From: Felis catus
Taxonomy: Eukaryota
NCBI RefSeq assembly: GCF_018350175.1
Contig: NC_058369.1
Span: 26,352,001-26,416,000, forward strand
Direction: 5' to 3'
DNA length: 64,000 bases
The notes under the pieces are model-generated. The model saw nothing but the letters and a program-made list of their open reading frames with translations, had not been told where the DNA came from and ran no database searches. Each line of letters begins with the position of its first letter. The first letter of the stretch is position 1. The position numbers and the translations under genes were made by a program. Positions 12,301 through 24,300 of this stretch are shown one piece after another.

Positions 12301-15300
12301 AATGCTGTGAGAGAGCCAGATGCTTCACAGTCCTTCCCTCAAGGTGCTCAGCTTATGGGGAAAACAAACATGCCTATAAAGGGTGGTCAGCATTTCTGAT
12401 TGGGGCAGGCAGTCTGGTGGTGGGGCACATGTGGTCCTTACTCTAAAAGTGCTAGGAGCCACACTTGTCTTCTATAGAAGAGGGAAAGGCAGGAAGGAAC
12501 GGGGAAAAATGGAAAAGGTCTTCATCTTCTGGCATACTCTTTTCCCAGACATCCAGACCCGAGCTTGGAGGCAGACAGGCTGAGCAAGGAAAGAATTTTC
12601 ATCCAAATAATTTGATTTGGCAAAACATGTTAGAGATTTTCATTAACATAGGATATACTGACTTTGTGGTGAATTGTGGTCTCTTAAAGATTCACCAGCA
12701 TCGAAGACTGACAAGAGCCCAGTCTCACCATGGATCTGAAGAAGAGAGGAAAAAGAGAAAGATTTTAGCTCGAAAGGTAAGCCTGATGTCTCTGAATTCT
12801 CTCTGTGAATTCTTGACTACATGTGAAGAAAGTTCTTAGGTTAATAGTGCATGTTTAGTTAAAGACAAGATTTTGTGCTATGTCTCCTTGAAAGCTGAAA
12901 CTAGTTCCAGATGACTGGTTTGCAGCTTTTAAAAAAGAGCCATATAATATCAGCAGAGAAATGGACCATATAGTTTCCTGGCTTGCTGGGCTGATTACAG
13001 CCTAATGTAATTGAGGAGAATGACTGGCTTGAGAAAGTACACTCAGCTTTCTTGGTTTTGTTCCCCCTTTGTTTGTGGCTTGTGGCTTCTTAACTGTATT
13101 AAGTTGTGAGGTCAAATATGACCTTGTATGTAGCTAGTTTAACTTTGTGCCTGGAAAATATTTGTATTCTAACTCTCAGCTTCAGTGTGTTTGTGCTTTA
13201 CTTTTCCCCATCTCTCTTTTATTTTTAAAGAAGTCAAAACGGTCTGCTGTTGAAAACAGTGAAGAGTATTCAGCAAAATATAGCAACTCCAATAATTCAG
13301 GTAACTGGTTAAAGATTATCATGGGGCCCTAGGACCCAAAGGTCAGGACTTGGAGTCGTTTTTGGTTTCTGGTGGCCAGAGACTGGGCAGTGTAGGGAAC
13401 AGAAGAACCTTGCCCCTAGTGAAGGATTGTGACAACATGCAAGGGCTCACAGGACTCAAGTGCTGGAAGAATCCTCTGAGGTTATGGGGTAACACAGCCT
13501 CCTCATTGATAGTGAGACTTGATCAACCAAAGATGAGCATTAGCCATGGTTGAAAAACCAATCCAACTTACAATACAAGGCCTCCTGTTTGTCAGTAGAA
13601 CCTGCATGAACAGAAACAACCCTGAATCCTGCCCTGTACTTCAGTCCCCACATGGTGGGAGGATGTGCCCTCATATGTGGGTTAAGGAATGGACTCAACA
13701 GTGTGTGGGGATGGCAAGAAGCATCCTTCCAGAAGGACTGTGGTGGTACAGAGAGGACTATCCTGGACTGGCAGTCCTAGCTGTCACTCCTGGTGACCCC
13801 TTGCCCAGCCCTGCTGGCCTTGGGCCTTAATGTCTCCATCTTTGGAAACCAGAGCCAGATTAAATGATCCCTTGGAGACTGCTAGTTCTTCCACCTTATG
13901 CACTTTTTAATCTTTTTTTTTTCCCCCTTCCACCTTATGCATGTATCCGAGGTAGAGTTCCACACAGAGAAGGAAAGGCTTCATCTAACCCGAAGCAGCT
14001 TTGGCTTAGCCCGGAGGGCCAAGGAAAGGGGAGGTTTTGTTAGGTTCAGGGATAGCTGCATATACTTTCAGGCTGGAGAAGGGCCAAGCAGAGAGAGAGA
14101 GAAGCTGAAGTTGTATGAGAGAATGGTAGGGGGCTGGAAGGCCAAGAGGTTAGCCGCAGGACCCCAACTTTCAGTCTCACCAGGGAGGAAGCCCATCCAT
14201 CTCTTCTGGGATGTAGGAGCCAGGAGGGCTGGGTGAAGAGGCAGAGACATTTAAAAGTAGAAGGAAGGGAGGACATCGAGGGTGTTCCCAACTCATGCCT
14301 TCTCAGGTCTCTGCACAGTCAGTGAGGAGATGGCTGCCGGGGAGCACAGGACCTGAAGGCCGGACCAGCCAAAGCCAGAGATCACAGGCAGTGTGGGAGG
14401 GGCTGGAAGTTGGGAGAGTTGGGCTGGAAGTCACCCACTCCAGGAAGAGGGGAGAATGTGCTGATACCACTGCCTGTAGCGTTCAGCCGCCACAGAAGGG
14501 AAGAGAGGCGGGAAGCCCCAGTGAGGATGAAGGCCTGCTTCTCAGATACAGCAGCTGCTGTGGCTGGCGGGTAATTCCAGAGCTGGAGGTCTCTTTTCTC
14601 CATGGTTGATGCAACGGATATGGGCCAGTCCTTGTCATCATTAGGCTGAAACTCATGTCTCCAACCAGCATGTCTGACAGACATTCTGTCCGGCAACTAA
14701 TTTTTTCCAAGCAGAGAAAGCCTGGCTCAGGGTCCTCCACCTTCCCGAGGCCCGGCCTGCCTGCAAGGTTCTGGGCCGGATGCAGCCAGATGAGATTCCA
14801 AGGACTCCAAGACCCCACCGCACCCTCAAGGTGTTCAGGAAAGCCAAGTAGCAGTTGGCAGAAATGTAAACATTATCTCCAGACCCCACCGGAATCACAG
14901 ATTCGGTCTTTTCCCCTTTAAAATCTATGTTAGCACAACAAAGCAGTGGGAAGACAGGATGGGTTGGGTTTTGCCTCCTTTTTCAGTAAAACGCCTCTCA
15001 TATTTAAACAGGGTGGTGAGAGCATATTGTGAATAGTGAAAAGCCACTCGGCTTGAGGGAGGTGCGGTTTAATTCAGACATTTTTCCTCATGCCCAGCGT
15101 CCATGCCATGTCCAACCTGTCCTGTGGGCAGTGGGTGAGGTGATGGTTGGAGGCTTCTCAGGGACATGATCACAGCCACCCCTGGAGCCTCGGTTAACCC
15201 TTCATAGGACCTCTGTGTCAGGGGGCAGCCTTCATGTTGCCACAGAAGGGCTTATGTAGGAGCCTCTATCTGCTTATTGGGCCACTTCTATGTCAGGCCA

Positions 15301-18300
15301 GGAGGATATTCTCTGGAGACTTCTGAGCAATGGGGAGATGCTGAGAACTTGAGAATATGGGGAATATGCATATTGTTTTAATGTAAATAATGGTATTTGC
15401 TGGATTTCAGCTAAGAAGAGGCCTGGGAGACCCACACACTGAATAGGCTGACCCTACCTAATTGATAAAATGGAACTTCTACAGAGAGCATTGCTAGGTG
15501 GATGCTGTGGGGAACTCTCACTTCCTTTGGAGAGGCCTCCACTGGACTGCTCTGTCCCTCTCTGTCTCTCTCTGTCCCCTGTATTGCTTGTGGCCATTGT
15601 CATTTGGCGTTCATTATCCAGGGACAGAAGCTGGGTCAGGAAAAGATACTACAGCCAACTGCACAAGTCGTTGACAGCTCAAAGTTGTTTTCAACCAGGC
15701 AGAGTGTGGGGAGCAGTGGGTGGCAAGGAACCTTCATTGGCCTGGGGAGGAAGCATGCCCTACACAGCAGTGATAGCCTGTGGTCCCTGAGTCCAGCCTC
15801 TGAATTCCCTGTCCCCCCTCATCTTTTACCATAAGGCCCACCCACTAAGCCACGTGCAGATTCTCAGGCAATGGTGGGTCCCAGCTCAGGCCAGATTCCA
15901 GGTGTCTGTCTTTGTCCCCATGAGGGTTTCTCTGTGTTTTCTCTTAGCAGGATCTGGGGCCAGCTCACCTCTCACATCCCCGTCATCACCGACTCCACCC
16001 TCTACAGCAGGTGAGTGATGGAGGCAAAGTAACCCTCTGCCATCCTCTGACCCAGCAGGAGGAGGAATGGGGCCCTTTCTCTTCCTGCCTGGGCCCAAGC
16101 ATGTCAGGGGTCAGACAGTACCTGCCTCCTCCAGAGAAAGCAGTGGGACTGCAAATTGGAAGAGCTGAGGGTCTAGATTTCCAAATTCAGACTTCACAGG
16201 GAGTGGAATAGTTGATTTCAGAGGCAGTAGCCACCCTCTGCTTCCAGCCAGCTCTCTTGCTGAAAAGCCTCACGCAGGGCTCCTCAGATCAGAGCTCGCC
16301 TCGGTACATGCTGAGCTGAACAAAACAGTTGCTCTGCTGCCCAGGCGCCTTGTTCTGCCAGAGCTGTCTCTTCAGGGAGCCCAGCCACAATGTCTGTGTG
16401 GTCACAGAGCAGAACTGGTGAGATGCCCAGGTGTGGGAGTGACCTAACCACCGAACTTCTGATTTCCCGATAACTGTTGGTGCTCTCTTCTGCTCTGTAA
16501 CACGTTTAGTCCTGGGAATATTTTTGTGGCCTTTGTTTTGCCTTTGTGAATTAAATCAGATTACGATGAGTTTTGTTTGAAAAATGTAGAAAGAATTTAT
16601 CTTGGGAAATATTTATAAAAATAATCTCCAATTTCGTGGAATAGTCTCATGATGCTCTTTCCCTCTTTCCTATTTGAACTAATATCTCTTCCCTGACCAT
16701 TTTGCTAGCCTCATAAAAACACATTGGGAAACCAGTCATATTTCTTTTCACTTCTTAAAGGAACCAGATGTTTTCGATGTCAGAGGAGCTGGTTCTGCGA
16801 TTCAGAGCTTGTCAGCTGTGCATGGAAGAGTTGCTGCAGCTGTCTGAAGGGAGGGTCATTGCCTGGGCTTGATTTATGAGCTGACAGTTCCATGTTCATT
16901 AAGGATTAAGGCAGCACCCAGGAGCTATCAAGAGCATTACCCATCTGCTCTCAAATACTTCTAATTGACCTTCTTAGGAAAATGACAAGCAAGCATAAAC
17001 GGAATAGTTTACAAACTTCTGCTATAAGAGTGTACAAACTTCTTACTCAGCTTACTTCTGGCTGGTGGGTCTCTCCTCTTGCTGACCGAGGATGGTTACT
17101 GGTGGTTTGCTGGGGAATGCTCTGGGCCAGGACCCGTTTTGAGGAGCCAAGTACCTGGCTCGTGGGAATGATCATTCTTTTCCCTGGCTGACTTTGTCAC
17201 CAGATTTTACAAGAAAGCCCCCAAATATTGATCAAGGGAGAATCTCGTCTTTTCCGTCTTGTGTAGGGGTGAGTTGTATAGGCTGGTCAGAAATTTCTGG
17301 AGCTCCACTGCCCAGATCATGTTGAACTATTTTCTGGAAGAAAGGATATTAATTTCATACCCCTTAGACATTTGAAGGAAATTGGAGAGAATGAATAGTG
17401 AGAACCCATAAACCCTTTAACATATAAGGTGTCTCTTTAATCATATTGAACATCTACTGTATGCATTAGGTATAGTCCTGGGAAGTTAACTGCCAGTTCT
17501 CATTTTTATATGCCTCAGGGAATTCTCCATCTATATGGATTTTTTTTTCATGAATCCTCTGATTTACCTGTGTTTTGAATGGGAGCTATCTCATACTGTA
17601 GCAGGTTTGCATGAGATGAGGGAATTTTCAGAAGGAGAGAAGAAAAAGGGGGAATTTTTGGTAATGAGAGTCAATGTTGGAAAAACTTTGAGGTGAGTGG
17701 GAGTGGTAGGGGGCGTTACTGTGAATTTTGATCATACCTATTCTGAAAGGGAGTTGTGAGGATCGAGAGGGAAAAATATGTGAGGCCCCAAGCCCAAAGC
17801 CTGGCACAAGTGATAAGTTCCCAGCAAATACTGGCTCCTTCTTTCCTTTATCTCCTTTAACGTTTTGTTGATGAAATTAGCAACTCAGCCCTAAAGACTG
17901 TACTCTGACCTCTGGTGGGCACTTATTGTAATGCATCTCTTAAAAATGAGAACTAGCCTTTGCCTGTCAACCCAGCATTTCTGGCCTTGAACAATGAATT
18001 TATTCATTATTTATGATGCATTTAGTGAGAGGCTGAAATGTGCTGGGCACTGTGGTTGGCCCTGGCTTACAGACACGAATAGACAGGGACCTAGCTCATG
18101 TGGAGTCGCATTTCTAGAGCCTCTCAAGAGCTCCAAAATGATAGACATAATTAAGCAAATGCTTTCCTTGAGGTCCAACCATGGTAATTTTCTTTTTTTT
18201 TCTCCCAATATTTACCCTCCTTCAATAGAGAATCTCCCCCCGAAAATCTAGTCCTCCAGCAAGCAGCGTCCCAAGCTTCTGTGCTGTGTGAGGCATGAGG

Positions 18301-21300
18301 GAGCCACAAACACGTAGTAGCTTCATGCAGCTGTGCCCATGGCTGATGCTCCGTAAATCCTTGTTGCTGGATTTGCTTGGGCTTGCTCTGCCTTCAGGGA
18401 CTCTGCTGGGACAGAGCAGACTCCCAGCCTAGGGTGGCATCTTCTGGCTGGTCAGCCCGCTGCTTAGACTGGCCCCTCCTTCCAGGACAGGAGGCCAGGC
18501 TTCTCCAGTGGGCTCATCTTTCTCGTTGCCTCTCTGCACAGTCTATCTTGTTGCTGGAATCACATTTGCTCTAATCTATATGGCTTTACTTCTAGGCTAA
18601 GGTAATGGTTAAAAAAAAATGGCATGCTTACCTGGGAACCAAGTCAAGAATAGGTCTTCTAGCTTTATGATCAAGTGCAATTTTCTCAAGAAAGGAAGGA
18701 AAAATCTTCACTTTCAAGGGCTAGTATTAAAAAAAGTATTCTTGCTCAAGGTAGCATCTCAAAAACACAATCTGGGAGCCCCTTGGGAAGGAACTACACC
18801 TCAGGCCGGGGAACCTAAACTCAAGGGCGAACACTTGCTAGTTCTGGGACCTTGAACCAGACTGTTGGCCTCCCTGCGCTTCAGGTGTTCCCATGTGTCA
18901 GTGAGGATAATGACAGTGCCTGCCTATGGGAGTTATTACAAAGTTCCAGAGCATTTCCTGGGTGTGGGGTTAGAACAGCACTGGGTGTATAGTAATCCTT
19001 GGTACACTGTTCCTTACTGGGACGCCTTGGATGAGTCATTTTCCATGTCTAGGTATTGTTTACCTCATCTGTCAAAGGCAAAAAATGTGGGAATTAAGAG
19101 GAGACCATCTCACGGTCCCTTCTAATCAAGCATAGTATAAATCTACTGGGGGCCCTGTGTGCTCAACAATAGGTCAGTGTAGGCAAGTTCAGTTTGACCG
19201 CATTGCCTTCCTTCCTGAAAGTATCAGTTTTAAGCACATACATGACAGCTTAGGGTATTCTTAAGCCTTGTTACTTTTAGTATGGAGCAGAAGTGACAGA
19301 TGTTTCTAAGCGAAGGAGTGTCACCCTCATGAGCTCTTTCCAACAATTGCGTAAGTATGGGGCCTCTCCCATTTCTTACTGCACCTGCCTGCCATGAAGC
19401 GTCTTGAGGGATAAATATGTCCCTGAGTTTGGTGGTGATTCCATTGGGAGGGGTGGGATTCTCTAAAACTCTTGTGTTGGATCCTTATATTTTCGGTGAG
19501 AACATTCCTTTCTTTTCTGCTAAAGGTTATGCTCCCTACCTCTGGACAGTCACTCTTTCAAGAGCTTTAAAATTCTTTATCCTGACTTTTTTCATGGTAA
19601 ATATCACCAACTCGTGTTTACACTCTGTATTCATAGAAATGAGTGGTTTAGAAGATCCAAATCTCCATACACACCAGGTTTGGGAAAGCTAAGTAAAGCA
19701 GGAGACTCTACATTATTGTTGTTTTTAATAATTGTATCTAACATATTGTAGGCACTTATTTTGTGCTAGGCACTGTTCTAAGTGATTTACAGTCGTTGTT
19801 TTAATCCTTATGCATACCTTCCTATCCAATGAGAGTAGTTTCTACTATAGCTCCATTTTAAAGACACTGAAGCAGAGGCTCTAGTGAAGTGACAGACTTT
19901 GACCAAGGTCACACAAGCGGCGGGTGCTAGAGCCAGGATCCAAACTTGCTTCTGTCTTTGCTCTTTTACCCCTACCAATTTTCATCAGGTGCCTGTTCCC
20001 TTGGGTGCACTGCAGGGTGCTGTTAAATATTGACCAGTGGCAGGAAAAGAACCCTGAAAGTGGAGTCGGAAAACCCTGGCTGTGGGTCTGCCACTTCCCA
20101 GCTGTGACCTTGGACAAGTAATTTCCATTCTTTGAAGCTGTCTTTTAAAGGAATTCCTAATCTGTATTAGGTAACATGCAAAAACAAAGCTTTGTAAGCA
20201 GTAAAGTACTACCAAGCATAAGCTATAAATGTCCTGCAAGAGAATTCTAGCCCTTCATGCTTGCAGCTTATAATTGAAAGTAATAATTTTGAGGAGAGAG
20301 CTGGCAATTTATAGAAAACTCAGTGTGTAAGAAAGAGTGGAGAGAGAGAAGTTTCATATCTGGAGATCTGGAGGAGGGAAAACAGAGCCTTATGGGCACA
20401 AAGTGACCAGAAGCTTAAATAATAGGAAGGATGGTTAAGAATAAATGAGGCACACACACAAAAAATGCATTTATTGAGAATGTTGGAGTTTCCAGAATTT
20501 GTCTAGCCAGGTTAAAGTCTGAAACCCAATCTAGGCTCAGAATCCATGTCTCTGGCCATAAGAATTGCCCCCTTTTCTTTTCTTTCTTTCTTTTTTTTTT
20601 AAATTTTTTAAATGTTTATTTATTTTTGAGACAGAGGGAGACAGAGCGCGAGTGGGGGAGGGCCAGAGAGAGAGAGGGAGACACAGAATCTGAAACAGGC
20701 TCCAGGCTCCGAGCTGTCGGCACAGAGCCTGAGGCAGGGCTCAAACCCACAAGCCGTGAGATGATGACCTGAGCCGAAGTCGGATGCTTAACTGACTGAG
20801 CCACCCAGGCGCCCCACGAATTGCCCCCTTTTTCTAAAGACCTACACATACTCAAAGCAGTTCCCATCTTTGGGATGAACAGCTCTGCCTGCAGCGTTTC
20901 TCTGAAGAGTGTGTTGGCTCTGCTCTCCCGCCCTCTTAGTCTCCCTCCCCTGCTTCCCAGCCCAAGCGTGTAAGCTCCTCCCTTGAGCCGTGGGCTGGTT
21001 CGGGTGGAAGTGGCACAAGACAGTATCCCCGGCGTCCTCCCAGAGCTGTCCCACGTGAGTGGTCAGTCTGCCCAGCCCCTCATGGGCCTCATTTCTCAGC
21101 CCCTCCACAGACAAAGGGATTTTCCTCTGGACAGTAGGGCACATTGGTTCATCAGGAACTCTGGGATTCCCTGTCAGGGATGGCATTATCCTTCACATTT
21201 CGCCAGGAATCCTGTCAGTCAAAAGGAAGACAAGAACGTTTGCCTTGCTTTTTTTCTTTTTAATGGTTTCATGGCCTAAAGTAAGCAAATGCCACTCACT

Positions 21301-24300
21301 GACCAGTTCAGCCTGTAGAGTCCAGCTGCCTTCAGGGAGGGGCCTCTCATCCCTGGCCTGGAGCTCGCCTTAGACCTGCCCTGTGCTCCTGCTCTTCCCA
21401 ACTTTAAAAAGACAGGTCTCCATTTTAGACTATGGAAGGCTTGATTGGAAGAAAGTGGTAGACTTCTTGGTAGACTGTCCTTATTTAGCAATAGAACTAA
21501 TTGCATTTCCAGTACCCATTCCACTTTTCAGGCGGGGTAGAACCTTCACAGGTCTTCTGAAGTGAGTGTTGTAAACAAAAACAGCACCTAAGTGGCTCAG
21601 AAAAACAGAACAAAGAGTATGAAGAGGAAAATGACTCCTTGGTTGCTCTATTAGCATGTTTGCCATGTTCTAAAAAAGTCACAATCATGCTTACGAACCA
21701 GTGCGTTTTGCAGTTAAATATAGCCTAGTTTGGCAGTGAGAATAATAAGCATGTGATTCAAACTAATATTTTACTGTCTCTTACTATTTGATTAAATGAC
21801 ACTAAAAGCTGAATAATGACTTGTGTCCCCCTCTCTCTCCCTCTCTCTCTCTGTCTCTGTCTCTGTCTTTGCTGTTTTCAGTAGAGCATGCACCATTTTG
21901 AACGTGAATTTTCGGTAAAGTAAGCTATACTGATTTCTCTAACTTTAAAGATGCTCTGTTTCTGGATATGAAATGGGACCCAATGTATCTAGATCACTGA
22001 AGTGATGAACAAATGGGAAAGCAGATTTGAGATGATTTCCTTCTCTGAACACTTAAATGAAATGCAGCATCTTTAAAAAGCACCCAAGTGACTTCATTAT
22101 TCATTTCATTTTCACCCTGACCTTCAAAATCTTCATTTCCCCTCTGATGGTAGTTTTAAAACACAGCCCTAAAACCTAAAAATCAACTGCATGGCGTTTT
22201 GGCATATTTTAATTTCACAAAGCAGGGTCCCAAAGTCCTTGTGCAGCAAAAATATCGGTTCCTTATCACTCTGATGAAGGGAAAGAGTGTTAGCTGGTTG
22301 AGTTCTTGGTTACAGGAAGACAACTCACTGGCTTTTATAACTGGCAGTAGGGAAAAGTTCTTTTTTAAGCATCCCTAATAATTCTTGAGTTGAGACACGA
22401 GTGCAGCCTCCTCATCTATCTGAGGCAGAAGACAAAGGCAGTTGCCAAGAGCTGGGGGCTGCCTGCTTCCAGGGGGTCACTGCTGTCTGTTCTCTCTCGA
22501 GGGTAGCCAGCAGCTGTGGTGTTGGTCTGGTGGCCACGTGGCCTCCCCACTTCTATTCGTGGATCACAAAGGAATTCAGACCTACCAAGACCTGTAGACT
22601 GCCCACTGCTAAAACTGACCCCAAAGAAAGGGGATCCCCAGATATCCTTCCCACGAGGCTGGTGAGGATGTTTCTGGCAAGACATTCTTTTCTGGGCCTA
22701 ACATATGCTCTTCCTGCAACGGTCCATGGCCTGTTCCAGGGCCTCTGCTGGATTGCCGGGTTCCCATTAGTTTGGTGGATAGGATTCTGGGGAGGATAGA
22801 GTAGTTGATTTTTGGTCTTTTTGCCCAAGAGTAGGTAAGGTGGGAGAGAACTGGATATAATTATAGATCAGCTGTTTTGGAGCATCCCTCATTCTGGGTT
22901 TTTGCAGGCCAGTATTTTTCAAAGCTTGGTGAATTCAGTTAGCAACCAATCCAACATGGAATCTGCCTGGTCTTGTCTATGGCCTGGGGACAAGGGCTAT
23001 CAGATAACCCGTGGTGGGGAGAGCTTGTTCACATCTGAGGAGTCAGTGGCATTCAGGCATTAGGCAGTTGTTTCCAGGTTTGCCACAGGCCAAATAGCCA
23101 ACTCTGAATTTGGCCCTTATTAATACTGCTAATTGTTAGAATGTATTATAGCTTAAGCCCCAACAAACCTTTAAAGGAAGCTTGTGAACTATAGAGAAGG
23201 CAAAAAGAAAAAGCCAAAAACCATGGTAGGGCTTACAGTCAGAGACTGAGTCCCTGGTCTGTGTTCCTGCTTCCTCCAGCGTTGGCCTTCTGACTCCCAG
23301 ACCTCCTCCCCACTTCCAGAGTGTTCTGATCTGGCAAGTTGAGGTCTGGCGTTGCCCTGATAGTACACGTCAAGATCTGCCCTGGTTGTTGCAGGCCCAG
23401 TGAGGAAAAGTGGGCCTCGTGGGACATTAGGCCCTTTGGGATTGGTCCGGCCCTCCATGACCCTGCTCTTTACCATTGGATGAGTAGGTCATTTGCTTTA
23501 CAAGCATGGGTTACTCTGTGGCACTTGGGACTATGTATTTATTTATGCTGCCTACATATTCTGAGAGATTCATTTAAAGTCCTAACAATCTCAGCCTTTA
23601 CTTGGAAAATGAAGATCCATGTACTGAACATCACCTGCAACTCCCAAACTCTGGGATAGTGAATTTGCACTTTTAATTTTGAGTGCCTGGTGATGAAGCC
23701 AAAGTCAAGGGTTGGCTCCTTGTGAAGACCAGGCAGATTTGTTCTGTGCCAAGAGGCAACCCATATCCAAGTCCAGCTGCTGAGGCCTGCCTCTAGCCTC
23801 CCAGAATCCTGGGCTAGAGGGGTAACTGGTGTCTGGATGGCCAGCTCTATGCCTTTATCAGAAAGAACTCAAGTGCTGTTGCAGCCCAGAGCCTGCCTTC
23901 TTTCTTGTAACCTGCAGTGACTCTTCTCCAGGGTCAAAGCACAAAGCTGGCAGGCAGAAACCCTGGAGCTCCTTGACATCAGGCCCTGAATGTCAAGTCC
24001 AGATTCTGCCGCCCTTTGCCGGTCATTGGGTAGTGCTGGGGGTTACTGTTGCCCGCTGACTCCTCCAGGCTCTCTCGGTGCTGCAGTTGAGTTCCAAGAG
24101 CCTTCAGAGACCATTTCCTCTCCTCCTAGTATTTCATCGGCCACTATCCAAAAACCCCCTTCAGAGGAATGCTTCTGTCACACACCGTTGCTGCTCTTCT
24201 CATCTCAGCAATCATTTGTGCGTTTAAAGTCCTTTTTATCTTTGTAGCCCGGTAACATAAAGCTGGGAACATTTGTCCACAATCCACCCTGGCAGACCAC

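Noticed and set aside
16761..16795. GAACCAG...CTGGTTC stem after a possible acceptor in PXK intron
   Set aside because: A 7-bp stem is within chance expectation; there is no convincing donor and no snoRNA or miRNA structure.
24248..24251. Possible 4-nt microexon (tttgtag|CCCG|gtaac)
   Set aside because: Weak donor, frame-shifting length and no other support.
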